Positions 39,973 through 49,661 of a DNA stretch of 64,000 nt are shown here, piece by piece (the first letter of the stretch is position 1; the number at the start of each line of letters is the position of its first letter). The stretch is taken from the NCBI GenBank assembly GCA_048939995.1, contig JBHLOY010000003.1, forward strand, positions 64,001 through 128,000, written 5' to 3'. The position numbers were made by a program, and so were the translations under genes. Origin of the DNA: Promethearchaeota archaeon. Its GTDB lineage: Archaea > Asgardarchaeota > Lokiarchaeia > Sigyniarchaeales > SOKP01. Below the pieces are notes generated by a model that saw nothing but the letters and a program-made list of their open reading frames with translations, was not told the origin of the DNA and made no database searches.

Positions 39973-41193
39973 CTATCTCACCTTAGAAATAAGATTATAT
40001 TTTTTACTAATTTCAAGGAATGAATTTACAAAATGTTTTACTTGGTTCCACGTTAGACCATAGGTATTGAACTTCATTTCTGTAGAAATTCCAGGAGCTA
40101 ATCCAATAATACCTCTCTCCTTAAATTCATCCCTTACAAAAAAACCTTTCCGAGAATGAGTCTCAGCAATTTTGGCAAAAGAATTTGTTTCAAGATTGGT
40201 TAAAGGATGAATTTTTGGTAACTTTCCCATAATATCAATCCCTTTTATATTTCTAATGTTTTCAATAACAAAATTAGCTTTTTTTGATTCTTTTCTCACA
40301 ACTTCTATTTGAGTCCTCTTTACTATCGAAGGAAAACTTGCCATTAAAGTAATTAAAGGTGCTCCATAAACAGGAGGACATCCCATTAAATTGCAAATTT
40401 TATTTGGGAATGATTTTGATGTCAAATTTCCTTGGATTTGGGAACTTACCATGATGTCATTATAATAGTCATCATTAAATCCAAGAAGTCCTATTGGACC
40501 CGAAGCAGCCATAGATTTGTGTCCACTACATACAACAAAATCTATATTATTAGCTTTACAGTCTATTGGTAAAATCCCAGCTGAATACGCGGCATTCAAA
40601 AGAAAGGGAATCTCATAACTTCGACAGATATCTCCTATTGGCTTCGGATCGTTAAAATTTCCGTACTTATAGTCCACATGAGTTAATAATACTAATAATG
40701 GTAATTGACCTGTTTCTTTCTTAACTGCATCAATCGTCTTTTTGTAATCCTCACTATTAATATTAAATTCTGGGCCAGCTGAATTTGGAACCTCCCTAAC
40801 TTTTAATTTATTTGACTCAATCGCTAAATATGTTGTATAATGGGCTAAACTGTCTATTATTACTGTCTTTCTTTTTGGATACTTTTCTGATAGAGATTTA
40901 ATTACAAGACGTTTTGATTCTCTAGCAGCTGCCGTAGGACTTACATTATCTATATTTAAGAAATTAGCCATATCATGCAAAAAGTCAACAACAGGAGGGT
41001 TTTTAATTTCATCAATTCGGCCTTTTAGGCAATTATCGCATATTGAGTATCCGTCTCCATAGTGTATTAATGCCTTATACGCTTCTGGCGTTAAGAGACC
41101 TCCTCTTTGAATAGGATGGATATTAATAAATTCCTCATTTACAAATCGAGAAAGCTTAGCATATTTTTGAACAAGAGTATTGCTATATTCCAT
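39973..41193 (-). CDS. pscS: O-phosphoseryl-tRNA:Cys-tRNA synthase (SepCysS)
   Basis: PIQRGGLLT, GDGYSICDNC, AHYT, SGHKSMAASGPIG, MGC. Confidence 0.95.
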   Translation of the reverse strand: MEYSNTLVQKYAKLSRFVNEEFINIHPIQRGGLLTPEAYKALIHYGDGYSICDNCLKGRIDEIKNPPVVDFLHDMANFLNIDNVSPTAAARESKRLVIKSLSEKYPKRKTVIIDSLAHYTTYLAIESNKLKVREVPNSAGPEFNINSEDYKKTIDAVKKETGQLPLLVLLTHVDYKYGNFNDPKPIGDICRSYEIPFLLNAAYSAGILPIDCKANNIDFVVCSGHKSMAASGPIGLLGFNDDYYNDIMVSSQIQGNLTSKSFPNKICNLMGCPPVYGAPLITLMASFPSIVKRTQIEVVRKESKKANFVIENIRNIKGIDIMGKLPKIHPLTNLETNSFAKIAETHSRKGFFVRDEFKERGIIGLAPGISTEMKFNTYGLTWNQVKHFVNSFLEISKKYNLISKVR

Positions 41194-41312
41194 GATATCC
41201 CATTTGACAAATAATATTTGAATAAATCACATTTCTTGATTAGAAATAGTATTTTACTTTATAAAAATTAAAACATTATATCGCATCATTCTATTCAATT
41301 TAGTGATAAAAT

Positions 41313-41858
41313 TTGCCAATAGTAATGCCAAGTCCTCAGACTGGAAAGAAACCTCAAATAGATGAAACTGTGTTTATAGCACCCACAGCTGTTATTATAG
41401 GGGATGTGACAATCGATAGAGGCACAAATGTTTGGTTTGGAGCTGTTTTGAGAGGAGACTGGGGAACAATCACAATAGGAAAGAATTCTAGTATCCAAGA
41501 TAATGTTACGATACATAATGAAATGGGCTCAAAGGTTAAAATCGGTGATGATTGTATAATAGGTCATCATGCAATGATACATGGACCTTGTACAATAGAA
41601 AATGGCTGCGTAGTAGGTATAGGCTCTAATATTTTACATAATTCTAAGATGGGAGAAGGATCTCAAGTCGGTGCTGGAGCAGTTTTAGTAAATAAGGAGA
41701 TTCCTCCTAGAGTATTAGCTGTCGGGGTTCCTGCAGAAATAAAAAAGGAATTATCTCAAACTGGTGAGTTGATAGGAAAAAAAACTTCAGTGGATTATAC
41801 AAGAAATGGAAAGCTCTTCAAGGAGTTCTATAGCAATAATCCAGAATATTTAAAATAA
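41313..41858 (+). CDS. gamma carbonic anhydrase family (hexapeptide repeat) protein
   Basis: IGDVTI, WFGAVLRGD, IQDNVTIH, GHHAMIHG. Confidence 0.93.
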   Translation: MPIVMPSPQTGKKPQIDETVFIAPTAVIIGDVTIDRGTNVWFGAVLRGDWGTITIGKNSSIQDNVTIHNEMGSKVKIGDDCIIGHHAMIHGPCTIENGCVVGIGSNILHNSKMGEGSQVGAGAVLVNKEIPPRVLAVGVPAEIKKELSQTGELIGKKTSVDYTRNGKLFKEFYSNNPEYLK

Positions 41859-42065
41859 TAATCCTTTTATTTTTATTCTAAAATAAAAATTAATTGGATT
41901 TAATATATCTCTATATTATCTTTTTTTTTTAAGGAATTTCTCCAATCTAATTTCATTAATCAAAAAAATCTAAATTAAATTCCTCTAAAATATTTATATA
42001 TTTAAAAGGATTAAGATATAATTATAGAAATTACCAATAAATCAAAAAATTTGGGTTAGATCTTC

Positions 42066-42617
42066 ATGAATTTTATAAAAACCTTTTTCATATCATTAAT
42101 AATCTATCTGGGATTGAATCTAGTTTTCGCTTTAATAATGGTATATTCATCTCCAATATTATCTGCTCAACCAGATGTGGGTATTTATATCATAGCAATG
42201 ATGTTCGGCCCCATTACTACGAGCCCTAGTGTAGCCTGGATTGACTCGGGAATAATATCATTAATACAATCCTTTCAACTTGGTGGTGATCCTTTAACTG
42301 CAACAATATTGTTTCTTTATTATATAATTCCTCCACTATTGACTGTAATCATAGGTGGAGCCATTGCAGATAGTACTTCTATTGCATTTCTATCTTGGTT
42401 ATTAGTAGCAATAATTTCTATTATCGCTTATATTCTAATAATAGTATTTGCTGGTTCTAATCCTCTAGTTTCACCCTCTTTATATTTTGGTATATATACA
42501 TTGTTGTGGTTCCTCTATGGGCCAACTGATCTCTATATAGCGATGATCCTATTTGGATTACTGAATATTTTCTTATATGGTTGTGTTTCTTTCCTAGTTA
42601 CGAGGAAGAAGCTTTAA
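42066..42617 (+). CDS. hypothetical multi-pass membrane protein
   Basis: Four to five hydrophobic segments. Confidence 0.7.
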   Translation: MNFIKTFFISLIIYLGLNLVFALIMVYSSPILSAQPDVGIYIIAMMFGPITTSPSVAWIDSGIISLIQSFQLGGDPLTATILFLYYIIPPLLTVIIGGAIADSTSIAFLSWLLVAIISIIAYILIIVFAGSNPLVSPSLYFGIYTLLWFLYGPTDLYIAMILFGLLNIFLYGCVSFLVTRKKL

Positions 42618-42645
42618 GTTAAATAAAAAATCTTATTTTTTTCTA

Positions 42646-43389
42646 TTATTTTGAGCAGATGCAGAATTCATTTTTAACTAAATCTATCTTATCAAATGTT
42701 AAATTTATAAGATTTACCATAAGTAATTTGTTTTCGAGGTTCGGATGCCCTAGGGAAGTTTTAATAACTTCAAGAGCTTGTAAAGTACCCAGAATACCTG
42801 GGGTCACACCGATTACGGGTAAAAGATTCGCTTCTTGCTGATATGGTTCTGGTTCGTTGAACACACATTGATAACATGCGGATTTTCTTGGATTAATTGT
42901 CATTATCTGACCAAAGAAATCCTTAATCCCAGCTATTACACATTTTAGATTAGCTTCAATTGCCATTTTATTAACTAGAAACTTTGTTGGCAAATTATCG
43001 CTACAATCAACAATGAAGTCCTTATTTTTAACATATTTTTTAATTGTATCCTCCTCTGCACAATCTTTATGTACATTAATCTTAACTTCAGAATTTATAT
43101 TAGATAAAACGGTTTTTGCAACATGAACCTTGTCCATATCAATTTGATTCTCGTTATAAAGGATTTGACGTTGCAAATTTGAAAGTGAAATTGTATCGTT
43201 ATCTATTATTGTAAGTTCTCCGATACCAGCAGCAACTAAATAGTATGCAAATGGAGATCCTAAACCTCCTGCCCCAATTTGGAGGACTTTAATCTGAGAT
43301 AATTTTTCTTGGCCATTTATACCAATATAAGGAGATATAATCTGTCTTGAATATCTATCTTTTTGTTTTTCAGTAAGAAATTTATTCAC
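42646..43389 (-). CDS. ThiF/MoeB/UbaA E1-like adenylyltransferase
   Basis: RYSRQI, GAGGLG, SNLQRQ, DCSDN, CYQC. Confidence 0.93.
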   Translation of the reverse strand: MNKFLTEKQKDRYSRQIISPYIGINGQEKLSQIKVLQIGAGGLGSPFAYYLVAAGIGELTIIDNDTISLSNLQRQILYNENQIDMDKVHVAKTVLSNINSEVKINVHKDCAEEDTIKKYVKNKDFIVDCSDNLPTKFLVNKMAIEANLKCVIAGIKDFFGQIMTINPRKSACYQCVFNEPEPYQQEANLLPVIGVTPGILGTLQALEVIKTSLGHPNLENKLLMVNLINLTFDKIDLVKNEFCICSK

Positions 43390-43756
43390 CTTTCATATAA
43401 CTTTTTACTTTTTTTAAGCATTCTTCAATCTCAATGAAAATTAATCCTAGATCAATATTTCGATCAACAAGTGATACTATAATTGTATTTTCGTCTATAG
43501 AAAGCATAACTAATAGGTAATCAATATATTCTACCGTTATATCAACTAGTTTGTCATCTATAGTTGAGATTGCACTTTCCATTGCACCAAAGGTAGTAGC
43601 TGCCATAGCACCAAATTTCCTATCATCAATATTTCTTGGTAGATTGGATATAATTGTGAGACCATTGCGATTAACAATAGCTGCTCCAATTATTCCAGTT
43701 ACAAGCTCTAGTTTTTCTAATTCTTTACTAAGATTTTCTAGTGAGATTGAATTCAT
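43382..43756 (-). CDS. roadblock/LC7 domain protein
   Basis: GIIGAAIVNRNGLTIISNLP...FGAMAAT...LGLI. Confidence 0.92.
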   Translation of the reverse strand: MNSISLENLSKELEKLELVTGIIGAAIVNRNGLTIISNLPRNIDDRKFGAMAATTFGAMESAISTIDDKLVDITVEYIDYLLVMLSIDENTIIVSLVDRNIDLGLIFIEIEECLKKVKSYMKGE

Positions 43757-43815
43757 TTAAATTAGAACTTATAAACTATGATTTAAATTTTCCGCTAAAA
43801 AAGTTTATAAAATAA

Positions 43816-44016
43816 TTATCTATAGAAACCTTTGTTTCCATTAAATGGGCGGAATCGGTTTCTCCAACCAGGTTGTCTTAACTTGGCGGTTCTACCAAAA
43901 CCACAACTTGCGCAAAATCGTTTTCTCCTATGATAACTGTGTTTGCCACATCTCCGACAGGTTTTATGAGACGCTGCTTTATTCTTCTTTCCTTTACTTG
44001 GAGTTCCCTTACCCAT
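43816..44016 (-). CDS. rpl37e: 50S ribosomal protein L37e
   Basis: KGTPSKGK...CRRCGKHSYH...CASCGFG. Confidence 0.97.
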   Translation of the reverse strand: MGKGTPSKGKKNKAASHKTCRRCGKHSYHRRKRFCASCGFGRTAKLRQPGWRNRFRPFNGNKGFYR

Positions 44017-44036
44017 TTATGCCTCACTCCTTAAAA

Positions 44037-44345
44037 TTAACTATCTTCATCTTCTTGTCTATGCATTAATTTATCTTCATCATTTTCAGAGAAGATCAAC
44101 TTCTCACGGTCTTGTCCGATGAAAATTACTGAAGCACCTCTTATCATCACTTTTCCAAGATCTTTGCTTCTCTTTCCACCACGACCAAAATATATTTCTT
44201 TTGCATCATCAACAATCAAATTCATATAATTATCAAACATCTCTAATTTCCCAGTTAAATAAGTATTCCAAATCTTTAATTTAATGCGAACTTCTGGCTT
44301 TAAAATCGCTTTACTCAAAGTCCTATGAATTGTTTGCTGAGACAT
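44037..44345 (-). CDS. Sm-like archaeal protein (Lsm/SmAP) with acidic tail
   Basis: GKLEMFDNYMNLIVDDAKE (Sm1), LGKVMIRG (Sm2); adjacent to L37e. Confidence 0.92.
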   Translation of the reverse strand: MSQQTIHRTLSKAILKPEVRIKLKIWNTYLTGKLEMFDNYMNLIVDDAKEIYFGRGGKRSKDLGKVMIRGASVIFIGQDREKLIFSENDEDKLMHRQEDEDS

Positions 44346-44474
44346 ATTAGAAATAAGAAAATTAATTGAATATTCTATAAAATGTAGTAAAAATATAAAT
44401 ATTTTTTTATTCTAAACGATTTAATTAACCAATTTAATTAAGTTTATACTATTATATCATTTTGAAATTTAGAT

Positions 44475-45512
44475 ATGAAAAAGATTGGGATATTTGATAG
44501 TGGAGTAGAAACTCCTGAAGAAATTATCATGGCCGCAGGCTTTATACCCTATCGACTTTTTGGTGATCCTTCTATAGAACCTGATAAAGCAAATGAACAT
44601 ATTCCACCAACTCACTGCATATGGAGTAGAAATCTTCTTGAACGTGCGATTAATGGAATAGATGATGATATTATAGGCATTATCGGAACACACGGCTGTG
44701 ATCGTACTAATAGAGAATTTGATATTTGGATTGAATGTTTAAATCTTGACTTCATGTTTTTCCTTAATTCACCCCGTAAGAGAGACAATCTTGCTTTGAA
44801 GTTCTTCCTCGATGATATGAAGGAATTAATAATTCAGTTAGAAGAAAAGTTTAAACTAAAAATCTCTTTGGACAAAATTAAAGATTCCATTAAAACTTTA
44901 AATAAGATTAGAGTCTTACTAAAAGAAATCTCAGAATTTAGAAAGGAGATGAAATTAAAAGGATCTGAATTTCATTCATTAGTAAAAAAATCTCAACAGG
45001 AAGAGAAGAATATACTCCTAAATCTATTGGTGTCTAAATTAGAGGAGCTTAAAAAAGGAGAATCATTTGAGAACAAGAAATTTAAAAATATATTATTAAC
45101 CGGTTCAGAGATAGATGATACAGAATTCATTAAATATCTTGAAGATTTAGGATTCCATATTATTATAGATGATTTAGGGGTAGGTACTAAATATTTTTGG
45201 AATGCAGTGAAAGAAAATGGAGATCCAATAGAAAATTTAGCAAAATATCATCTAACCAAACCAATTAACTCGATAAAATTTCCGGCATACGAAAGATTTG
45301 AAGTATTGAAAAACTTAGCCATTGACTATAAGGTTGATGGAGTAATTAATATTGCTCAAAAGTTCTGTGAACCTGTATTATATGATCATCCTTTCTTACA
45401 TAGGAAATTTAAAGAGCTAGACATTCCATATTTATTTGTAGAAGTTACCTATAATCGAGAGTCTTATAAACAATTATCTACTAGATTTTCTGCCTTCGCA
45501 GAGATAATATAG
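44475..45512 (+). CDS. 2-hydroxyacyl-CoA dehydratase / benzoyl-CoA reductase family subunit
   Basis: TPEEIIMAAG, HCIW, HGCD, DGVI...KFCEP. Confidence 0.9.
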   Translation: MKKIGIFDSGVETPEEIIMAAGFIPYRLFGDPSIEPDKANEHIPPTHCIWSRNLLERAINGIDDDIIGIIGTHGCDRTNREFDIWIECLNLDFMFFLNSPRKRDNLALKFFLDDMKELIIQLEEKFKLKISLDKIKDSIKTLNKIRVLLKEISEFRKEMKLKGSEFHSLVKKSQQEEKNILLNLLVSKLEELKKGESFENKKFKNILLTGSEIDDTEFIKYLEDLGFHIIIDDLGVGTKYFWNAVKENGDPIENLAKYHLTKPINSIKFPAYERFEVLKNLAIDYKVDGVINIAQKFCEPVLYDHPFLHRKFKELDIPYLFVEVTYNRESYKQLSTRFSAFAEII

Positions 45513-45521
45513 AGGTGAATT

Positions 45522-46778
45522 ATGCCTAAAACAGAACATAAGAAAATGTTGGATGCCACCCAAGGGTTAAAAAACATTATGGGTCGCCACTTTTTAGCAA
45601 TTGAACAAGCATATAGAGATGGTAAACCAACTGCATGGGCTACTTCTGGTTCTCCCGTAGAAATGCTTTATGCTATGGATGTTCAACCAATTTTGCCTGA
45701 AAATAGCGCTACAATAAGTGCTGCCCAAAAGTTTTCACAAAACTTCATAGAAATTGCGGAACAAGAAGGCTATTCCTATGATTTATGTTCTTACTTTAAA
45801 ACAAATGTGGGAGCGGTGGTAAGTAACGCAGATATGGCAAAAGGAGGGACAAGAAAACCTACATTTATGTTGTCAACTGATGTGATTTGTGATACGCACG
45901 TTAATTGGTTTGAAGTTCAAGCTGAAAGATTTGGTGTACCACACTATACAATAGATGTTCCACATGTAGTAAGCAATAACACCAATCGACAATATAATTA
46001 CTTCAAGAAATATATCACAGAACAATTATATGAATTTATTGATTTTATTCAGGATGTTACTGGACATGAATATAATGAAGAAAAAAGTCTTGAAGTAACC
46101 AAAAATTCATGGGATTTGAGTATGATCTGGCAGGATATTTACAAATTGAGGAAAAGTGTTCCTTGTCCAATTTCTACAAGAGATACTTTCGGAGGGCTTT
46201 TTCCCCTCTTCACCATGCCAGGCTTAAAAGCTCCAATTAGATTGTACAAAAGAATGTATCGAGAAGCAAAAGAACGTGTGGACAAAGGTATTGGAGCTAT
46301 AGAAAACGAGGAATTTAGGTTGATGTTCGAAGGTATTCCCTTTTGGTATAATCTTAAATTTTTTAGTATTTTAGAAAAGTTGGGTGCGATTATTGTATAT
46401 GAGCCCTATACCTACGCATTTAGTAAATATATGAATCCAAATGTCACTAAAGAGTATGTTTTTAATAAACCAATTGAAGCGATGTCTGAATTAATGTTGA
46501 AATTCTGGTATATCTATGATCTACAAACTCGGATCAAGAAGTTTGAGGAAACCGTAAGAGAATGGAAAATTGATGGAGTACTATTGCACGAGAACTTATC
46601 TTGTAGACCAAATTCCTGCGGTTTATATGATTTAAAGCGTCATTTAATGGATGATTATGATATCCCGTCTCTAGTGATTTCCAGTGATATGAATGATCCA
46701 AGAAAAATGAATGAAACTCAATTAATTAATCAAATCGAGAGTTTCATAGAAATTCTCCGTAAAAGGAAAAAAAGATGA
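45522..46778 (+). CDS. 2-hydroxyacyl-CoA dehydratase / benzoyl-CoA reductase family subunit
   Basis: LPEN, DLCSY, ICD, IDGVLLHENLSCRP, SDMNDPR. Confidence 0.9.
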   Translation: MPKTEHKKMLDATQGLKNIMGRHFLAIEQAYRDGKPTAWATSGSPVEMLYAMDVQPILPENSATISAAQKFSQNFIEIAEQEGYSYDLCSYFKTNVGAVVSNADMAKGGTRKPTFMLSTDVICDTHVNWFEVQAERFGVPHYTIDVPHVVSNNTNRQYNYFKKYITEQLYEFIDFIQDVTGHEYNEEKSLEVTKNSWDLSMIWQDIYKLRKSVPCPISTRDTFGGLFPLFTMPGLKAPIRLYKRMYREAKERVDKGIGAIENEEFRLMFEGIPFWYNLKFFSILEKLGAIIVYEPYTYAFSKYMNPNVTKEYVFNKPIEAMSELMLKFWYIYDLQTRIKKFEETVREWKIDGVLLHENLSCRPNSCGLYDLKRHLMDDYDIPSLVISSDMNDPRKMNETQLINQIESFIEILRKRKKR

Positions 46779-46832
46779 GAATTTTTAGAAATCTCACTTT
46801 ATTTTCCTTTCAGTTTATTTAAATATTATTAT

Positions 46833-47351
46833 TTAATTGTAATAACTCAAATAAATCTTTTTTATTATGGATTGTAATTCTTCACGATCATTGTAATAGA
46901 ATAAATCATGACCAAGTTTAAAAAATGGGTTTAATAAACCTCCTTTTTTTAGCATATGCGTCATTTCCACGTTTTTTAATACGAATACCTTAGTTTTGTT
47001 ATAGAATTCAGGAAAAGCAACGATAATACCCATTTCTATCATCTGCCCTCCTTTATCATGCTCAAGTACCATAATAATTTCATCAGAAAACTTAGCGATT
47101 AAGTCAAATTTGAGGATTAGATTCTCACTGTGGGTACGTCGAAATTCTTTTTCAAAAAAAGCCAAGGTTTTTTCTCTCTTACTTAATATTTCCTTTATTT
47201 GAATTAAGCTAGGGAAGTTTGCTTCACTGTATGACCCACAAATGAAAATTTTGTATTTTAAAAGGTCAAAAATTGAAAATACATCAACAAATTCATCTAA
47301 AAATTCTTCCCATGTTTCTTCATGTGAATGCTCCATTTTATGTCTCACCAT
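46833..47351 (-). CDS. hypothetical protein, nucleoside 2-deoxyribosyltransferase-like fold
   Basis: KIFICGSY...SDEIIMVLE...GGQMIEMG pattern. Confidence 0.5.
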   Translation of the reverse strand: MVRHKMEHSHEETWEEFLDEFVDVFSIFDLLKYKIFICGSYSEANFPSLIQIKEILSKREKTLAFFEKEFRRTHSENLILKFDLIAKFSDEIIMVLEHDKGGQMIEMGIIVAFPEFYNKTKVFVLKNVEMTHMLKKGGLLNPFFKLGHDLFYYNDREELQSIIKKIYLSYYN

Positions 47352-47465
47352 TAGTTAATATTCCTATTTCAATTGACTCGATATAATTTGAGTTAAATAT
47401 AAATATCAAGATTTATTATTTTTTTATAGAAGTAATGAAAAATTCAATAAAAACGTGAAGGGTGA

Positions 47466-47813
47466 GTGAAATTGGAAACTCCCAAAAAGTTAGAAAAAAT
47501 GAGAAAAGATTTAGAAATAATTTCAGAAAAGACTCGCTATAAGATATTACTTACATTATTGGCAAGTGGAGATAAGTTATCTTTCAGCCAACTTAAAGAA
47601 TTACTTCCCTCAATTCCAGATAACAACTTAAATTATCATCTTAGTGTACTAAAGGAAAATGAATTTATTAATAATGAAAAAAAATCTGAGTATAAGCGTA
47701 TGGAACCCCGCTCTTTCTATTCGTTAAGTAAACGAGCAATTAGCCTGCTTGACAACTTAGGACTTAATGCAGTTAAAAAAGAGTTCCAAGCATTGTTTCA
47801 ACAAATGACTTAA
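47466..47813 (+). CDS. ArsR-family winged-helix regulator
   Basis: TRYKILLTL...LSFSQLK...LNYHLSVLKENEFI. Confidence 0.88.
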   Translation: MKLETPKKLEKMRKDLEIISEKTRYKILLTLLASGDKLSFSQLKELLPSIPDNNLNYHLSVLKENEFINNEKKSEYKRMEPRSFYSLSKRAISLLDNLGLNAVKKEFQALFQQMT

Positions 47814-47850
47814 CATTAATAGACATTAATAGAAAAAGTGTAGGAATTAA

Positions 47851-48528
47851 ATGCCGAGCTCCATATTTTCTCACCAAGCACCTGGATTAATTATAAAAAT
47901 AAAATATCCTTATAAGTTTGATGGAACAGCACTCTGCATAAGTACATTAGTTCCTGATATAGATGTAATTCTTGAACTATTATTTCCCATTTCTCTAAGA
48001 GGAATTACCCATAGTTTTCTTGGGTTGTTAATATGGACAATGCCCTTAACTATTCTCCTAACTATGCTTTTCTCTAGATACATTGGACCTCTATCTGCAA
48101 ATATTGCTAAAATAAATATCAAAATTTTCAAACCACTAAGATATTTTGGTGTAGATGAATGGGATCATCTACGTAAGAAAGAATTTAATATTAAGTTTTT
48201 TATTATTGCATCTTATTCAGCAATAATTGGAGGATTGACGCATCTTTTGCTTGATTTTCCATCACACGAGAAAATATATTTATTTTTTCCATGGGCTATT
48301 TTACAATCTCCTGATTTTTTATTGTACTCTATTATAAGCCATGGTACTTTTTATTTTGGTCAATTTCAAATTGAGGCTAATCTGACGGTATATCGTCTCA
48401 TCTGGAGCATTGAATCTCTAATAACTTTTATATTAACTCTTTATTTTCTTAGATATATCAAAAAGCATAATCTGATAAATGAATGGTATGAAGAGACCAG
48501 ACTTATCGATATAGAAAGTAAATTTTGA
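47851..48528 (+). CDS. DUF4184-like membrane-bound metal-dependent hydrolase
   Basis: FSH...VPD...THSFLG...THLLLDFPSH. Confidence 0.8.
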   Translation: MPSSIFSHQAPGLIIKIKYPYKFDGTALCISTLVPDIDVILELLFPISLRGITHSFLGLLIWTMPLTILLTMLFSRYIGPLSANIAKINIKIFKPLRYFGVDEWDHLRKKEFNIKFFIIASYSAIIGGLTHLLLDFPSHEKIYLFFPWAILQSPDFLLYSIISHGTFYFGQFQIEANLTVYRLIWSIESLITFILTLYFLRYIKKHNLINEWYEETRLIDIESKF

Positions 48529-48539
48529 TTAGTTAAAGA

Positions 48540-48893
48540 TTAATTGGCAATTTTTATAAGAGAATTTGGAGTGAGTATAAGATATTCCTCTCCAATGCGG
48601 GCCATCGAACCTCCATTTTCCCGCAAAAATGATTTTAAATCTTCTATTCCCCTCTTAAGTTTAGTCACATCTACACTTTCAAGTAATGTTTTAGTGTTAA
48701 CGATTAGGATTCTACGTCCAAGTAGTTCTTTTTTAATTTCCTCGATTTGCTCTAGCGATGAGAAATCATACTTTTTAATTAAGAAACTCTGTTTTAGAGA
48801 CGGAAAATCTCTTGAAAAACCCATAGTCTCTTCAGGTGAACCTAGGAGTTCTTCATCCATTTTTTTCCAGAATTTAACCAATTTAAAGATCAC
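48540..48893 (-). CDS. sepF: cell division protein SepF (archaeal type)
   Basis: IEEIKKELLGRRILIVN...LKRGIEDLK...GGSMARIGEEYLILTP. Confidence 0.8.
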   Translation of the reverse strand: MIFKLVKFWKKMDEELLGSPEETMGFSRDFPSLKQSFLIKKYDFSSLEQIEEIKKELLGRRILIVNTKTLLESVDVTKLKRGIEDLKSFLRENGGSMARIGEEYLILTPNSLIKIAN

Positions 48894-49199
48894 TCCTAAT
48901 TTTATTTATACGGTAAACATGTATGTGGGTTAGTATTTAAATTGAAAAATTATCCATGTGTATACTTATTGAATATAGAAATATTATTAAGAAAATACAA
49001 ACTCAAGTCTAACTAATTTACCTTTTATCAACCTAATCTATTTATGAGATATAATGAAAACTTTTACACTTTAAATATTGTAATATGCAAATAATATTAG
49101 TCTTCCAAATAAGTCTAAAATCTAACCTTCAGATAAACCCTTATTTGCTACAATTCATAATACTAACCATAATAAAATTAAAAATTTAAGATATAAATT

Positions 49200-49658
49200 A
49201 TGAGTGAAAAGGTTATCGTTACAAATAAAGGATTGATTAGAGCAGAGTTTAATTTCTGGGTTGGTCAGTATCTTGATAAATTTTATGATAATCTTGAGCA
49301 TAAAAAAATTATTGGAAATAAATGCCCAAAATGTGGTGATGTATTTGTTCCACCAAGAAAAGTATGTGGAAAGTGTAATTTTACCATTTCTCTAGACAAT
49401 AATTGGGTAGACTTGCCAAATACCGGTATACTTTTGAATTTTACAACAACTTCATATCGAGTTAATGATAGAAGTCATAGAAAGGCTAAACCACAAACAA
49501 TTGGAATGATAAGGATCGATGGAAGCAATAGTGCATTAGTATATAGATTATTAGGTTTGGAGCCCGAAGATATTAAAATAGGAATGAAATTAAAGGTTGA
49601 TTGGGAAGAGAGTACAAAAGGAAACCCTTCAGATATCAAGGGCTTCACGAAATTATGA
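49200..49658 (+). CDS. DUF35 Zn-ribbon/OB-fold protein
   Basis: GNKCPKCG.VFVPPRKVCGKC, IKIGMKLKVDW. Confidence 0.92.
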   Translation: MSEKVIVTNKGLIRAEFNFWVGQYLDKFYDNLEHKKIIGNKCPKCGDVFVPPRKVCGKCNFTISLDNNWVDLPNTGILLNFTTTSYRVNDRSHRKAKPQTIGMIRIDGSNSALVYRLLGLEPEDIKIGMKLKVDWEESTKGNPSDIKGFTKL

Positions 49659-49661
49659 GAG

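Noticed and set aside
44475-46778. Definite benzoyl-CoA reductase (aromatic degradation)
   Set aside because: Cannot be told apart from 2-hydroxyacyl-CoA dehydratases by eye, and no activator ATPase or aromatic-pathway genes are adjacent
48544-48933. 129-aa plus-strand ORF
   Set aside because: Antisense to sepF; no recognisable features
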